Shown here one piece after another: positions 52,501 to 60,470 of a stretch of DNA of 64,000 nucleotides (the first letter of the stretch is position 1; every line of letters starts with the position of its first letter). Made by a program: the position numbers and the translations under genes. The notes beneath the pieces were generated by a model, which ran no database searches, was not told the DNA's origin, and saw only the letters and a list, made by a program, of their open reading frames with translations. This DNA comes from Phycisphaerae bacterium (lineage in GTDB: Bacteria > Planctomycetota > Phycisphaerae > Sedimentisphaerales > Sedimentisphaeraceae). The stretch is taken from positions 88,687-152,686 of the forward strand of contig JBFWMM010000001.1 of the NCBI GenBank assembly GCA_050251615.1, given 5' to 3'.

Positions 52501-52815
52501 GACGAACCCAAGCACGTACGCATGAGTTATGAAGCCGATGGCGACAGCTTTGTCGTTTCAGCTTACGAGCTCGGCGCTGACGTTCAGAACCTCTCCGATA
52601 CGGCGTTTGAACTTGCATTCATTCCGTTCGACAGAACCTGGACGTTCGAGAATACTTTCGCTGCCGCTCTCACGTTTGCAGACTTCGGTTCATTTGCCGC
52701 GAGCTGGAACAGTGTCGCCGGTGATGATAAGTTCAATGCGGACTGGGATCTCAACGGCGATAATGCCATCAATACATTTGACCTGATTGAGTTCGCTTCT
52801 TCCTGGCTCAAATGA
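49546..52815 (+). CDS. Large secreted calcineurin-like metallophosphoesterase with internal repeats and a C-terminal dockerin/EF-hand-like motif
   Basis: Signal peptide; LPDTQ, LGDIVN, GNHD, THAYL and NGHH motifs; duplicated repeat region; C-terminus DLNGDNAINTFDLIEFASSWLK. Confidence 0.8.
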   Translation: MKKKLFTSALALLLSVNAWTFASSPGQSFKIAVLPDTQHYSRNYPETFAAQTQWVADNKEAENIAFLTQLGDIVNNGGSDPNQWVNADAAIDILDGVLPYSVTLGNHDLHTPHERYDGAAEYLYFFGPQRYENYNWYGGSDRKGWCHYQIFTAGEKEWLHLNLPVFPDDEELKWAQDVLDEYPTMPAIYSTHAYLSDMEDPNEPFLPLYSGLSYNQVGCNSGLGQWQKFVANNDQIFLVLNGHHSGDETEMTGDDGEAVLVSQNVYGKDVVQLCQDYQALDNGGNGYMRLIELDLVNGKINVKTYSPTLNAYMTDESSEFSIDLDFAARFESVMSRESTTIPTVQAANITVEQYSPDNEPTDILAFIPYEQSTPLFFMNDPNATEGGSNRGDIAIKVGENPYDDAINGIYIATIAENERMNADHYEHSGYSHVSSPAIGYGSGNNWIATFTTSRMYMDSTVLYAGGHEENVNVSAAYFPFEQGWIGAHGSNWTNNLALSMVISGGQITLHDELKDIMYDSVIIPRFYAGSADFPEQDGIWKLTLDGINSIRDGVLLACGGKNEDNYSAAAPTSDGEGWSIFTKDNGANGLSTGEEDPFNIVYIPYETPGIAAGVVSGRGGIRNGTENFRVYHEANGTYRLTIEGHSPETGALLLTQGTGTYAADNTMTYEPDGEAWIIQTRDLPNGGLQSNKYKDVGFVFAFIPFADAPAAPGPNRIFNESEISAGDFVVTSNASTEVGEIHRIAGRNYLTADHSDRGDFGMARCGFQMPIEEGIMMVTAREAFRTDEGSTFMATFSADRTCMYGGAGLTLHKAQTDAAECNANFAAVWLPFNGGYAGGHINIDDAVEASDGPAVTVTAGSLAGDHEIKLAGVTPEQGALFVTIQCNDDKTACISRNADNTGWRLVTRDNAQVFGFEDDEFGYLYLPYGSKEFIVAQVNAAGTTEKANGEFTVSKTSTGSYRVTIPGATPATGMLLLNSCDTNSFDEPKHVRMSYEADGDSFVVSAYELGADVQNLSDTAFELAFIPFDRTWTFENTFAAALTFADFGSFAASWNSVAGDDKFNADWDLNGDNAINTFDLIEFASSWLK

Positions 52816-52838
52816 CAATAATCCCTTATTTATACACG

Positions 52839-52860
52839 GGTGCGTCTTTACAGGCGCACC
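52839..52860 (+). other. Intra-operon hairpin
   Basis: GGTGCGTCT-TTAC-AGGCGCACC between the first two operon genes. Confidence 0.45.
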
Positions 52861-52882
52861 TGTTTCTGAAAAGAAAAAACTG

Positions 52883-53692
52883 ATGAAAATAATGAAAGTT
52901 GGAACAACAGCTCTTTTTCTGATCTGCACAGCCGCAATCACTTTTGCGGGTTTGCCGGAAATCATAGCTCATCGCGGTGCATCATTTCTTGCCCCCGAGA
53001 ACACTATGGCTTCAGTGATGCTTGCCTGGGAGCTCGGCACGGACGCGATTGAGATTGATGTGTATCTGTCCGGAGACGGCAGAATCGTAACCCTGCACGA
53101 CAAAACAACAAAACGAACCGGTAATGCGGATTACGCCGTCGCCGAAACAGACTCCTCAACCCTGCGCACTGTTGATGTGGGCAGCTTCAAGGATGAGAAA
53201 TACGCAGGAGAAAGGATTCCTTTTCTCGAAGAAGTTGTCGCTTCGATACCGAAAGGTAAAAGGCTCTATATAGAAGTGAAATGCGGCAAGGATATTGTAC
53301 CTGTTCTCAAAGAGGCGGTAGAAAAAAGCGGTAAAATCAAGCAGATCTCCGTTATCAGCTTTAACTTTGATGTGTGCTGTGAAACGAAGAAAGCCGTTAA
53401 GGGAGTGCCGGTTTACTGGCTGGCAAGCTCAAAGAAAAATGATTCAGGACGATATCTGCCGTATTCTGAAGAACTGCTTGATAAATCAATTGAGAATAAG
53501 CTTGACGGGCTCGACCTGCACAGTGCCGGTATTACTGCCGATTTTATGCGTGTCGCAAAAAGAAAAAACGTGCCGATATATTGCTGGACAGTTGATTCGC
53601 CTGAAGAGGCTGAAAGACTCTCCGCATTAGGTGTAAAAGGAATTACGACAAACAGGCCGAAGTGGCTTAAAGAAAAGATGACTGAAAAGTAA
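52883..53692 (+). CDS. Secreted glycerophosphodiester phosphodiesterase (GDPD)
   Basis: IIAHRGAS..APENT, IEIDV, LHD, IEVK, WTVD, ITTNRP. Start at ATG 52883. Confidence 0.9.
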   Translation: MKIMKVGTTALFLICTAAITFAGLPEIIAHRGASFLAPENTMASVMLAWELGTDAIEIDVYLSGDGRIVTLHDKTTKRTGNADYAVAETDSSTLRTVDVGSFKDEKYAGERIPFLEEVVASIPKGKRLYIEVKCGKDIVPVLKEAVEKSGKIKQISVISFNFDVCCETKKAVKGVPVYWLASSKKNDSGRYLPYSEELLDKSIENKLDGLDLHSAGITADFMRVAKRKNVPIYCWTVDSPEEAERLSALGVKGITTNRPKWLKEKMTEK

Positions 53693-53718
53693 TTTGTATT
53701 TTATTTTAACGGATAAAA

Positions 53719-54543
53719 ATGAACAAGAAGAATAAAAGTGCGTTTACGCTTATTGAGTTGTTGGTAGTTATATCAATTATCGCAATGCTGATGGCCATCC
53801 TGATGCCGGCTCTGGGCAGGGCAAGGCAGGCAGGGCAGAAGATTGTCTGTGCGGCGCATCAGAGATCTTTCGGTGTGGGCTTTGAGGCGTACCTGCAAGA
53901 CAACCGATACGTTTCACACTGGGGCCCTAACAGAGGATACTGGTATGTACCGAATACCAGGAACAAATTGATGCCGCAGAACAGCACCTACGCATATTGG
54001 GGTGTCGCGTATTTCCCTTATCTCAAGAACAGAGATGTGTTCCACTGCCCTACCTCACGCTACAAACTTCAAACTTGGAACGAGGCAGATGACACCATCG
54101 AGGTGTACAACTGGGCGCATTACGGCTTCAACGGATTCGTATCAAACAGGTATATCTCAAGAGTGAAACGCCCTGGTGAAGTGATTGTTATGCAGGACCA
54201 TTTTGAGCAGAAGCTTGATAATAACGGCGATATGTTTATGGTAAAGCCAGGTGAATCATACAATCTTACGCAGTGGAGAAACCGCGACTCGCTTCCAGAT
54301 GCGATTGTGGAATGTTTCAGGCATTCAAGGAGCTCAAGGGCGGTTGAATCTGAAGAGCCATGGAGCCCCAAACAAAAGGGCTATTCGAACACGCTCTGGC
54401 TCGACGGGCATGTGGAGCCGATAAAGCAAAGTACCGGCGAAGATCTGAAAGTGTTCAACTATACCGGCGGCTACGGCAACGGCACGCAGAGTGCTTTCAT
54501 GGGCAACACACCCGAAGAAGCGCTCAGCAGAGTAATCAGATAA
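53719..54543 (+). CDS. Prepilin-type N-terminal cleavage protein, DUF1559/H-X9-DG-like
   Basis: AFTLIELLVVISIIAMLMAILMPALGRARQ; C-terminal RH...NTLWLDGHV. Confidence 0.85.
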   Translation: MNKKNKSAFTLIELLVVISIIAMLMAILMPALGRARQAGQKIVCAAHQRSFGVGFEAYLQDNRYVSHWGPNRGYWYVPNTRNKLMPQNSTYAYWGVAYFPYLKNRDVFHCPTSRYKLQTWNEADDTIEVYNWAHYGFNGFVSNRYISRVKRPGEVIVMQDHFEQKLDNNGDMFMVKPGESYNLTQWRNRDSLPDAIVECFRHSRSSRAVESEEPWSPKQKGYSNTLWLDGHVEPIKQSTGEDLKVFNYTGGYGNGTQSAFMGNTPEEALSRVIR

Positions 54544-54564
54544 CTATATTACTGAGAGAAGTTA

Positions 54565-55848
54565 ATGAAGACAATACATTTTACATTGTTGTGCCTGATC
54601 GCGGTAATTGCTCAGGCAGCTGATACCGAACGTTTCATTAAAACGGACCGTTCATCGAATGTCAAGCTTACTGCCCCCTCGGATGAAGAGAGCTTTAGCT
54701 TCGCAGTCTTTGGCGACAGAACCAGCGGCAGAGATTCGGGGCTTCCGATTCTTGAAAGGGCTGTGAGTGAGGTTAATACGATCTCCCCCGACCTTGTCAT
54801 GACTATCGGTGATCTGGTTCAGGGCTATAACTCCGGCGAGCAGTGGATTGCCCAGATGCACGACTACAAGAAGGTTATGAGCAAGCTTGAAATGCCCTGG
54901 TTCCCCGTTGCCGGCAATCACGATATTTACTGGCGCGGCGAAGAAGGTAAGCGTCCTGAAGGTGAAAACGAAAGCAAATTCGAGGAAAACTTCGCTCCAC
55001 TCTGGTATGCTTTTGAACACAAAAACTGCTGGTTTGTGGCGCTTTTTTCGGACGAGGGCGACGAAGAAACCGGCGAAAAGAATTTCAAAAAGCCTGAGTG
55101 CCAGCAGATGAGTGAGGAGCAGATGAGGTTTCTTGAGGACATTCTAAAGCGTGCAAAAGAAGCGAAGCATGTGTTCCTTTTTCTGCACCATCCCCGCTGG
55201 ACGGAAGACAATTACGGTGATGACTGGCAGAAGGTGCACAAGTTGCTCGCACAAGCCGGCAATGTTTCGGCATGCTTCGCCGGTCATACTCACAGAATGA
55301 AGTTTGACGGCAAGAAAGACGGGATTGAGTATTATACTCTCGCTACTACCGGCGCTAACGTCCCAGGTGATAAATTGAGCCGTTATGACGGCGTATTCCA
55401 TCATTTCGATCTCATAACCGTCCGAGGCGATGATTTTCATGTCGCGGCGATACCTGTTGAAGAGGTGATCGACCCGAAGGCGAATCATTTCTCAAAAACT
55501 CTCCTTAATGAGCTTCCCTGGACAGTTAAGTCTGAAGAAACGAGGTATCTGGAATACGCAGTCTGCATCCCCGAATTCAACACGGGCAAGGCCGTACTCA
55601 AGGTTGGTGTGGGGCATGCCGCGGACAACGCCGGAGATAAAGGCGTTACGTACAAGCTTGTTACCGCTGACGGCGCGGTGGTAAAGGAAGGTTTTATTAA
55701 ATCCAGTGATTTCGACTGGATCAGCTGCCCGGCAAGTTCAGGGGCCGAGTTCACATTCATCATCTCCGACCTGGATACAAGCTTTGAAGGAAAAGCACCG
55801 GGTAACGGCGGCAGGATTAAGGTTGAAATGGACTGGTTCAGAGAGTAA
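54565..55848 (+). CDS. Secreted calcineurin-like metallophosphoesterase
   Basis: Signal peptide; FGD, IGDLV, AGNHD, LHHP and AGHTH motifs. Confidence 0.85.
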   Translation: MKTIHFTLLCLIAVIAQAADTERFIKTDRSSNVKLTAPSDEESFSFAVFGDRTSGRDSGLPILERAVSEVNTISPDLVMTIGDLVQGYNSGEQWIAQMHDYKKVMSKLEMPWFPVAGNHDIYWRGEEGKRPEGENESKFEENFAPLWYAFEHKNCWFVALFSDEGDEETGEKNFKKPECQQMSEEQMRFLEDILKRAKEAKHVFLFLHHPRWTEDNYGDDWQKVHKLLAQAGNVSACFAGHTHRMKFDGKKDGIEYYTLATTGANVPGDKLSRYDGVFHHFDLITVRGDDFHVAAIPVEEVIDPKANHFSKTLLNELPWTVKSEETRYLEYAVCIPEFNTGKAVLKVGVGHAADNAGDKGVTYKLVTADGAVVKEGFIKSSDFDWISCPASSGAEFTFIISDLDTSFEGKAPGNGGRIKVEMDWFRE

Positions 55849-55897
55849 GATATATATAACTGAATAATCACACATCAGCAATACGAAAGAAACTGTA

Positions 55898-56959
55898 ATG
55901 AAAATATTTTTGAACACCGCGATCATTCTGCTACTTTTGACCGTTTCGGTTTTTGCCGGCAACTACTTTCCCGATACGACAGATTATAAGACTCTTATTT
56001 GTGATTTTCACATGCACACAGTTTTCTCCGACGGGCTCGTCTGGCCGACGGTAAGGGTGGACGAAGCCGAGAGAGAAGGTATTGACATGATTGTCATCAG
56101 CGATCATGTCGAGTATCAGCCGCATAAGGATGATATTCCCACTAATCACAATCGCCCGTTTGAGATCGTGAAGGAAAGGGCCAGGGAGAAAAATGTCCTT
56201 CTGGTAAGAGCGGCCGAGATTACCCGCAGCACCCCTCCCGGACATTACAACGCTATTTACCTCAATGACATCAACCCCCTTGATACACCCGAGTTTCTTG
56301 ATTCTATCGAGGGTGCCAACAAACAAAGCGCCTTTGTGTTCTGGAACCACCATGAGTGGAAGGGCAAGGAAAAGGGCGACTGGAAAGAAGTGCAGACAAC
56401 CATGTACGATAACGGCTGGCTCCACGGTATGGAAGTGGCCAACGGCAGGGTATATTACCCGAACGCGCATAAGTGGTGCCTTGAGAAAAATATGACTTTA
56501 ATTGGCAATTCCGATATTCACGAGCCGTCCATTCATTACAACTACATCGCCGATAAACACCGCACGCTTACGCTTGTGTTTGCTAAGGAGCGAACGGTCG
56601 AATCAATTAAGGAAGCTCTCAAAGCCCGCCGCACAGTTGCCTGGTATAACAACAGCCTCATCGGCTCAAAGGATACACTTGCGCCTCTCTTTGACAGCCT
56701 GGTTTCTGTAGCCAAGGCTCACTGCGTCAAAGATGGTGTTGCTTTCTTTGAGGTTGAGAACAAAGGCCTTATCGACCTTGAATTGACTGCTCTCGGCAAA
56801 ACATCGCCCAAATCCATGAGTATTCCGGCGCAGTCCAGCAAGATATTTAAGACAAGGCTTCCCGAAGACGGCAAACCAGCAAAGCTTCGGTACAGCGTAA
56901 CCAATATGCTCGCCATGCCGGAAGAGGGTTTGCAGGTTGAGCTGGTTGTCAGCCCATAA
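55898..56959 (+). CDS. Secreted PHP-domain phosphoesterase
   Basis: Signal peptide; DFHMHTVFSDG, ISDH, EIT..GHYNA, WNH and NSDIH motifs. Confidence 0.85.
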   Translation: MKIFLNTAIILLLLTVSVFAGNYFPDTTDYKTLICDFHMHTVFSDGLVWPTVRVDEAEREGIDMIVISDHVEYQPHKDDIPTNHNRPFEIVKERAREKNVLLVRAAEITRSTPPGHYNAIYLNDINPLDTPEFLDSIEGANKQSAFVFWNHHEWKGKEKGDWKEVQTTMYDNGWLHGMEVANGRVYYPNAHKWCLEKNMTLIGNSDIHEPSIHYNYIADKHRTLTLVFAKERTVESIKEALKARRTVAWYNNSLIGSKDTLAPLFDSLVSVAKAHCVKDGVAFFEVENKGLIDLELTALGKTSPKSMSIPAQSSKIFKTRLPEDGKPAKLRYSVTNMLAMPEEGLQVELVVSP

Positions 56960-56974
56960 GCAGAAGAGTATGAA

Positions 56975-57838
56975 ATGAAAAGAATCTTTGTCATTGTCTT
57001 GATTGCGCTCCGGAGCTTGAGCTTTGCATCTGATGTGCAGCAGTGGAGCAGGCTGTGCCGCGGGATTGATTTTATTATGTACAAATCGCAGGAGCCTGTT
57101 TTGCAGGCAGTTTATGCGGTTCGTGTGGATCTGCAAGATAAATCGCTATACTTTTTCACGACTCCGGATAATGGTGAGAGACCTTTTGAGACGGACACTC
57201 AAACAACGGGTGCCTTTCTCACACAGTACAAACTCGCGCTTGCCGTGAACGCGAATTTTTTCAATCCCTGTTGCTCGAAAGATGTTCAGCCCGTTGACCT
57301 GCTCGGATATGCCGTATCATCAGGCAGGCTGGTTTCAGAAAATTTACAAATTGCAGAGGATTCGGGGGTTGCTGAAGTGCCTGTTCAGGGCAGCGCGGTA
57401 ATGATGATAACCAAGGACAATAAGGTAAGTTTCAGCCGGTGTGATTCTGACGAAATGCCGGCTCTGATGAAAAACGCTTACAACGCCGTAACAGGTGGGC
57501 CTGTCCTTCTGAAAAAGGGCACTAATCTTATCGAGGAGCCTGATGATGCCGTGAGACATCCCCGCACGGCCGCCGGCACATCAAAGGACGGCCGCTATTT
57601 GTACTTTGTTGTCATTGACGGCCGGCAAAAGGGCTATTCAGACGGCGCTAATTTGAAGGAAACCGCCGAATGGCTTCTCAAAATCGGAGCTTACGATGGA
57701 ATCAACCTTGATGGCGGCGGCTCCTCATCGCTCGTATGGATAGGCGAAGAGGAAACACCTGTTACCCTCAATAAACCCAGCGGTGGGGCTCAAAGACTTG
57801 TTGGCAACAATATCGGAATCGGCATACGTCAGGACTGA
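56975..57838 (+). CDS. Secreted phosphodiester glycosidase (NAGPA family)
   Basis: AVNANFF, GGPVL, HPRTAAG, VIDGRQ and NLDGGGSS motifs. Confidence 0.88.
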   Translation: MKRIFVIVLIALRSLSFASDVQQWSRLCRGIDFIMYKSQEPVLQAVYAVRVDLQDKSLYFFTTPDNGERPFETDTQTTGAFLTQYKLALAVNANFFNPCCSKDVQPVDLLGYAVSSGRLVSENLQIAEDSGVAEVPVQGSAVMMITKDNKVSFSRCDSDEMPALMKNAYNAVTGGPVLLKKGTNLIEEPDDAVRHPRTAAGTSKDGRYLYFVVIDGRQKGYSDGANLKETAEWLLKIGAYDGINLDGGGSSSLVWIGEEETPVTLNKPSGGAQRLVGNNIGIGIRQD

Positions 57839-57843
57839 AAAAT

Positions 57844-57875
57844 AAAAACACCCGTCATTTTTGACGGGTGCTTTT
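57844..57875. terminator. Bidirectional terminator
   Basis: AAAAACACCCGTCA-TTTT-TGACGGGTGCTTTT between convergent genes. Confidence 0.8.
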
Positions 57876-57922
57876 GTTTTTACTTTGGAGCGCGTTTGAA
57901 AATCATCCGCATATCGGGCAGA

Positions 57923-59227
57923 TTATAACGCCGTTATCGTGATTGTATGGTCAACAGGCTTGAAACTATCCGCGAGCTCGCGTGCGAGTTTATCGTGTAC
58001 TTTCTCTGTCAGCGCGACGGTTGCCTCCATATCGGCCTTGCCTTCGTCGCCATGAAAAAGGCTCTTGATTTGTGTGGTTTCGTACTCCTGCTTGCGCTTG
58101 ACCGCTTCAAGAACATTTCTGAACGGCTCGCAGAAAGGATTGCTGACGTAGTCTGCCGCAAGGTTGACGCCGTCGGCGAGCTGCTCGGAGCTGTATGTCT
58201 TTTCCCACTGCCCCCATTTAACCTTATAGTCACCTTTGCTCAGCCCGCTCGCCTTGAGCATATAGCGGTTGAGCTCTTCGTTGAACGGTACGATTGTCAT
58301 GCCTGCTCTGCCGCTTGTATGTACGGCGGGTTCGCCGTCATCGCAGTAGGGGTATCTTGTGCTGTGCAGGTTGATGGTGATTGAATTGCCGAATGAGCTT
58401 GATGTGATTTCGTGCCCTGCGGTGGCTTCGGCTTTGCCCGCCGCCGCGTCAACGCTGATAGTCGCAAGCTCGCCGTCAAGGCCAAGGCCTTTCAGGAATG
58501 CGTACGCCATAACGATATGCCCGGCCCAGTCGGGATGTACGCCATCATCTCCGTTGAGGTGAAAGTCAATGCCGTAGAGAGTAAGCGCTTTATAGCTGCC
58601 GAGAAGCATAGGCGTAAAGACATCCGCAAAGGCAACGTTTTGTTCCTGTGCCACTTTCAACGCCGTATTGCGGAATTTGGCAAGGCTTCTGTTGAGGTCG
58701 TCATTGTTAATGTCTTTATTCTGCCACCAGGGCCTTTTGCCGATGCTGCCGGATGAGCCTACGAGCACCCTCGTTCCTGCCGCCTTGAATTTCTCCACGA
58801 TTTTCGTGGTATTGTTGTAGTAATCGTTGCAGGCGTTTTCGTCAAATGGCACGTAGTGAAAGTCGTTCATACCGTAGCAGGTTGTTGCGATTGTCGGCTT
58901 GAAGCGCAGGCAATCGTTGTCCATACGTCCGAGGAAGCCGCCTGCCTGCTCGCCGCCCCAGCCGTACTGGCGGGTGGTTATTTCAAGTTGCGGCGTACAA
59001 ACCGTAAGGTATGCTTCGATTATTCTGGAGTAGATCTTCTGCTCTGTGATTGAATCGCCGCAGATAGCGAGGCGATCGCCTTTTTTGAGCATAAGCGCAC
59101 CCTGTTCGGGCGCCTTTACTACGTTGTACCCATCAAGATAAGAGTTGATGTCAAGTTTCTCATACTGTACCGCCTGAGCCGTAAGAGCGAACGCGCCGGC
59201 CAGACACAAAGCGACAATTTTCTTCAT
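57923..59227 (-). CDS. Secreted SGNH/GDSL hydrolase
   Basis: Signal peptide; GDSITE, GMND and DGVHP..GH motifs. Confidence 0.85.
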   Translation of the reverse strand: MKKIVALCLAGAFALTAQAVQYEKLDINSYLDGYNVVKAPEQGALMLKKGDRLAICGDSITEQKIYSRIIEAYLTVCTPQLEITTRQYGWGGEQAGGFLGRMDNDCLRFKPTIATTCYGMNDFHYVPFDENACNDYYNNTTKIVEKFKAAGTRVLVGSSGSIGKRPWWQNKDINNDDLNRSLAKFRNTALKVAQEQNVAFADVFTPMLLGSYKALTLYGIDFHLNGDDGVHPDWAGHIVMAYAFLKGLGLDGELATISVDAAAGKAEATAGHEITSSSFGNSITINLHSTRYPYCDDGEPAVHTSGRAGMTIVPFNEELNRYMLKASGLSKGDYKVKWGQWEKTYSSEQLADGVNLAADYVSNPFCEPFRNVLEAVKRKQEYETTQIKSLFHGDEGKADMEATVALTEKVHDKLARELADSFKPVDHTITITAL

Positions 59228-59416
59228 TGCCTTTCCTTTCGGATTTGTAAAATAATGTTACCAAAACAGCCCGCGGCTAACGCCCCGAAGCGTCTTCAAT
59301 TTTACTCCTGCTCGTTTTTATCGCAATAATAAAACGAGCTATAAATCTTGCCCTTTACAATTCGCCCGCTTTACATAGCATACCATGATATGTAATTCTT
59401 TGGTAAGTGCAGGAAA

Positions 59417-60427
59417 ATGAGCTATCTTGACAGAAAAATATCAGAGCAGACAAAGATACCGGGGCTTGGCGTTCTTGCCGCGGCGGACGGGTTGCTTGAG
59501 CTTGACAGATCAAGCGATTCCCTGCATGTAAGCGGCAAGGGTGGCGTTGAGGGGATTCTCTCTACGGGTGATGGGAAGCTGGAGTTTATATGTTTCGCTT
59601 CGCAGACGCTTGCGTATGTGAAGAGCCTCAGCGGGTATCCTGCATACTATCCGCTCCGTGATGTTTCGATGGATGAGCCTGTCAAAGCGGTGCTTATGGA
59701 TCTCGACGGCACAACTGTAAACAGCGAGCAGTTCTGGGTATGGATAATCGAGCGCACCGTTGCGTTTTTTCGCGGCGACAATTTATTCACTCTCGAACCC
59801 GAGGATATACCGTTTGTCTCGGGGCACAGCACTACAGAGCATCTGCAATACTGCATTGGAAAATATCTCAGTGGCGTTGCCATTGAGGAAGTTCGTGCGC
59901 GATACTTCACTATATTCCGTCATGAGATGGCCGAGATAGCCGCCGGTAGGGGGCGCCCCGACGCGTTTACTCCATCCCGCGGTATCAGGGATTTTCTGTT
60001 GAGACTCAAAGAGAGCAAAATCAAAATTGCCTTGGTAACGAGCGGGCTCTACGAAAAGGCGATGCCTGAAATACTTGCCGCATTCAAGACGCTCGGTCTC
60101 GGCGCACCCGAAGACTTCTACGACTCGATAATAACCGCAGGCTTTCAGCCCGGCCATAACAACTACGGCACAATCGGCGAGCTTTCTCCAAAGCCGCATC
60201 CATGGCTTTACGCTGAGAGTGCGGTTGTGGGGCTGGGGCTTTCTTTCGAGCAGCGCGGCACGATTGTGGGCATTGATGACAGCGCGGCGGGGGTTTGCTC
60301 TGTGAGGCTTGCCGGATTCTCTGCAATAGGTGTTGGCGGCGGCAATATCGCCCACGCCGGCACAAAAGCTCTCTGCACGCATTTTTGCGAAGGCTTTGAT
60401 GATGTCTCCGATCTGCTTTTCGGCTGA
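59417..60427 (+). CDS. HAD-superfamily hydrolase with an N-terminal extension
   Basis: MDLDGT, LVTSG, SPKPHP and GIDDS; ~85 aa precede motif I. Confidence 0.8.
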   Translation: MSYLDRKISEQTKIPGLGVLAAADGLLELDRSSDSLHVSGKGGVEGILSTGDGKLEFICFASQTLAYVKSLSGYPAYYPLRDVSMDEPVKAVLMDLDGTTVNSEQFWVWIIERTVAFFRGDNLFTLEPEDIPFVSGHSTTEHLQYCIGKYLSGVAIEEVRARYFTIFRHEMAEIAAGRGRPDAFTPSRGIRDFLLRLKESKIKIALVTSGLYEKAMPEILAAFKTLGLGAPEDFYDSIITAGFQPGHNNYGTIGELSPKPHPWLYAESAVVGLGLSFEQRGTIVGIDDSAAGVCSVRLAGFSAIGVGGGNIAHAGTKALCTHFCEGFDDVSDLLFG

Positions 60428-60470
60428 TAATGCCTTTACAGATCGCTCCGAAAAACAATAATCTTAAACC

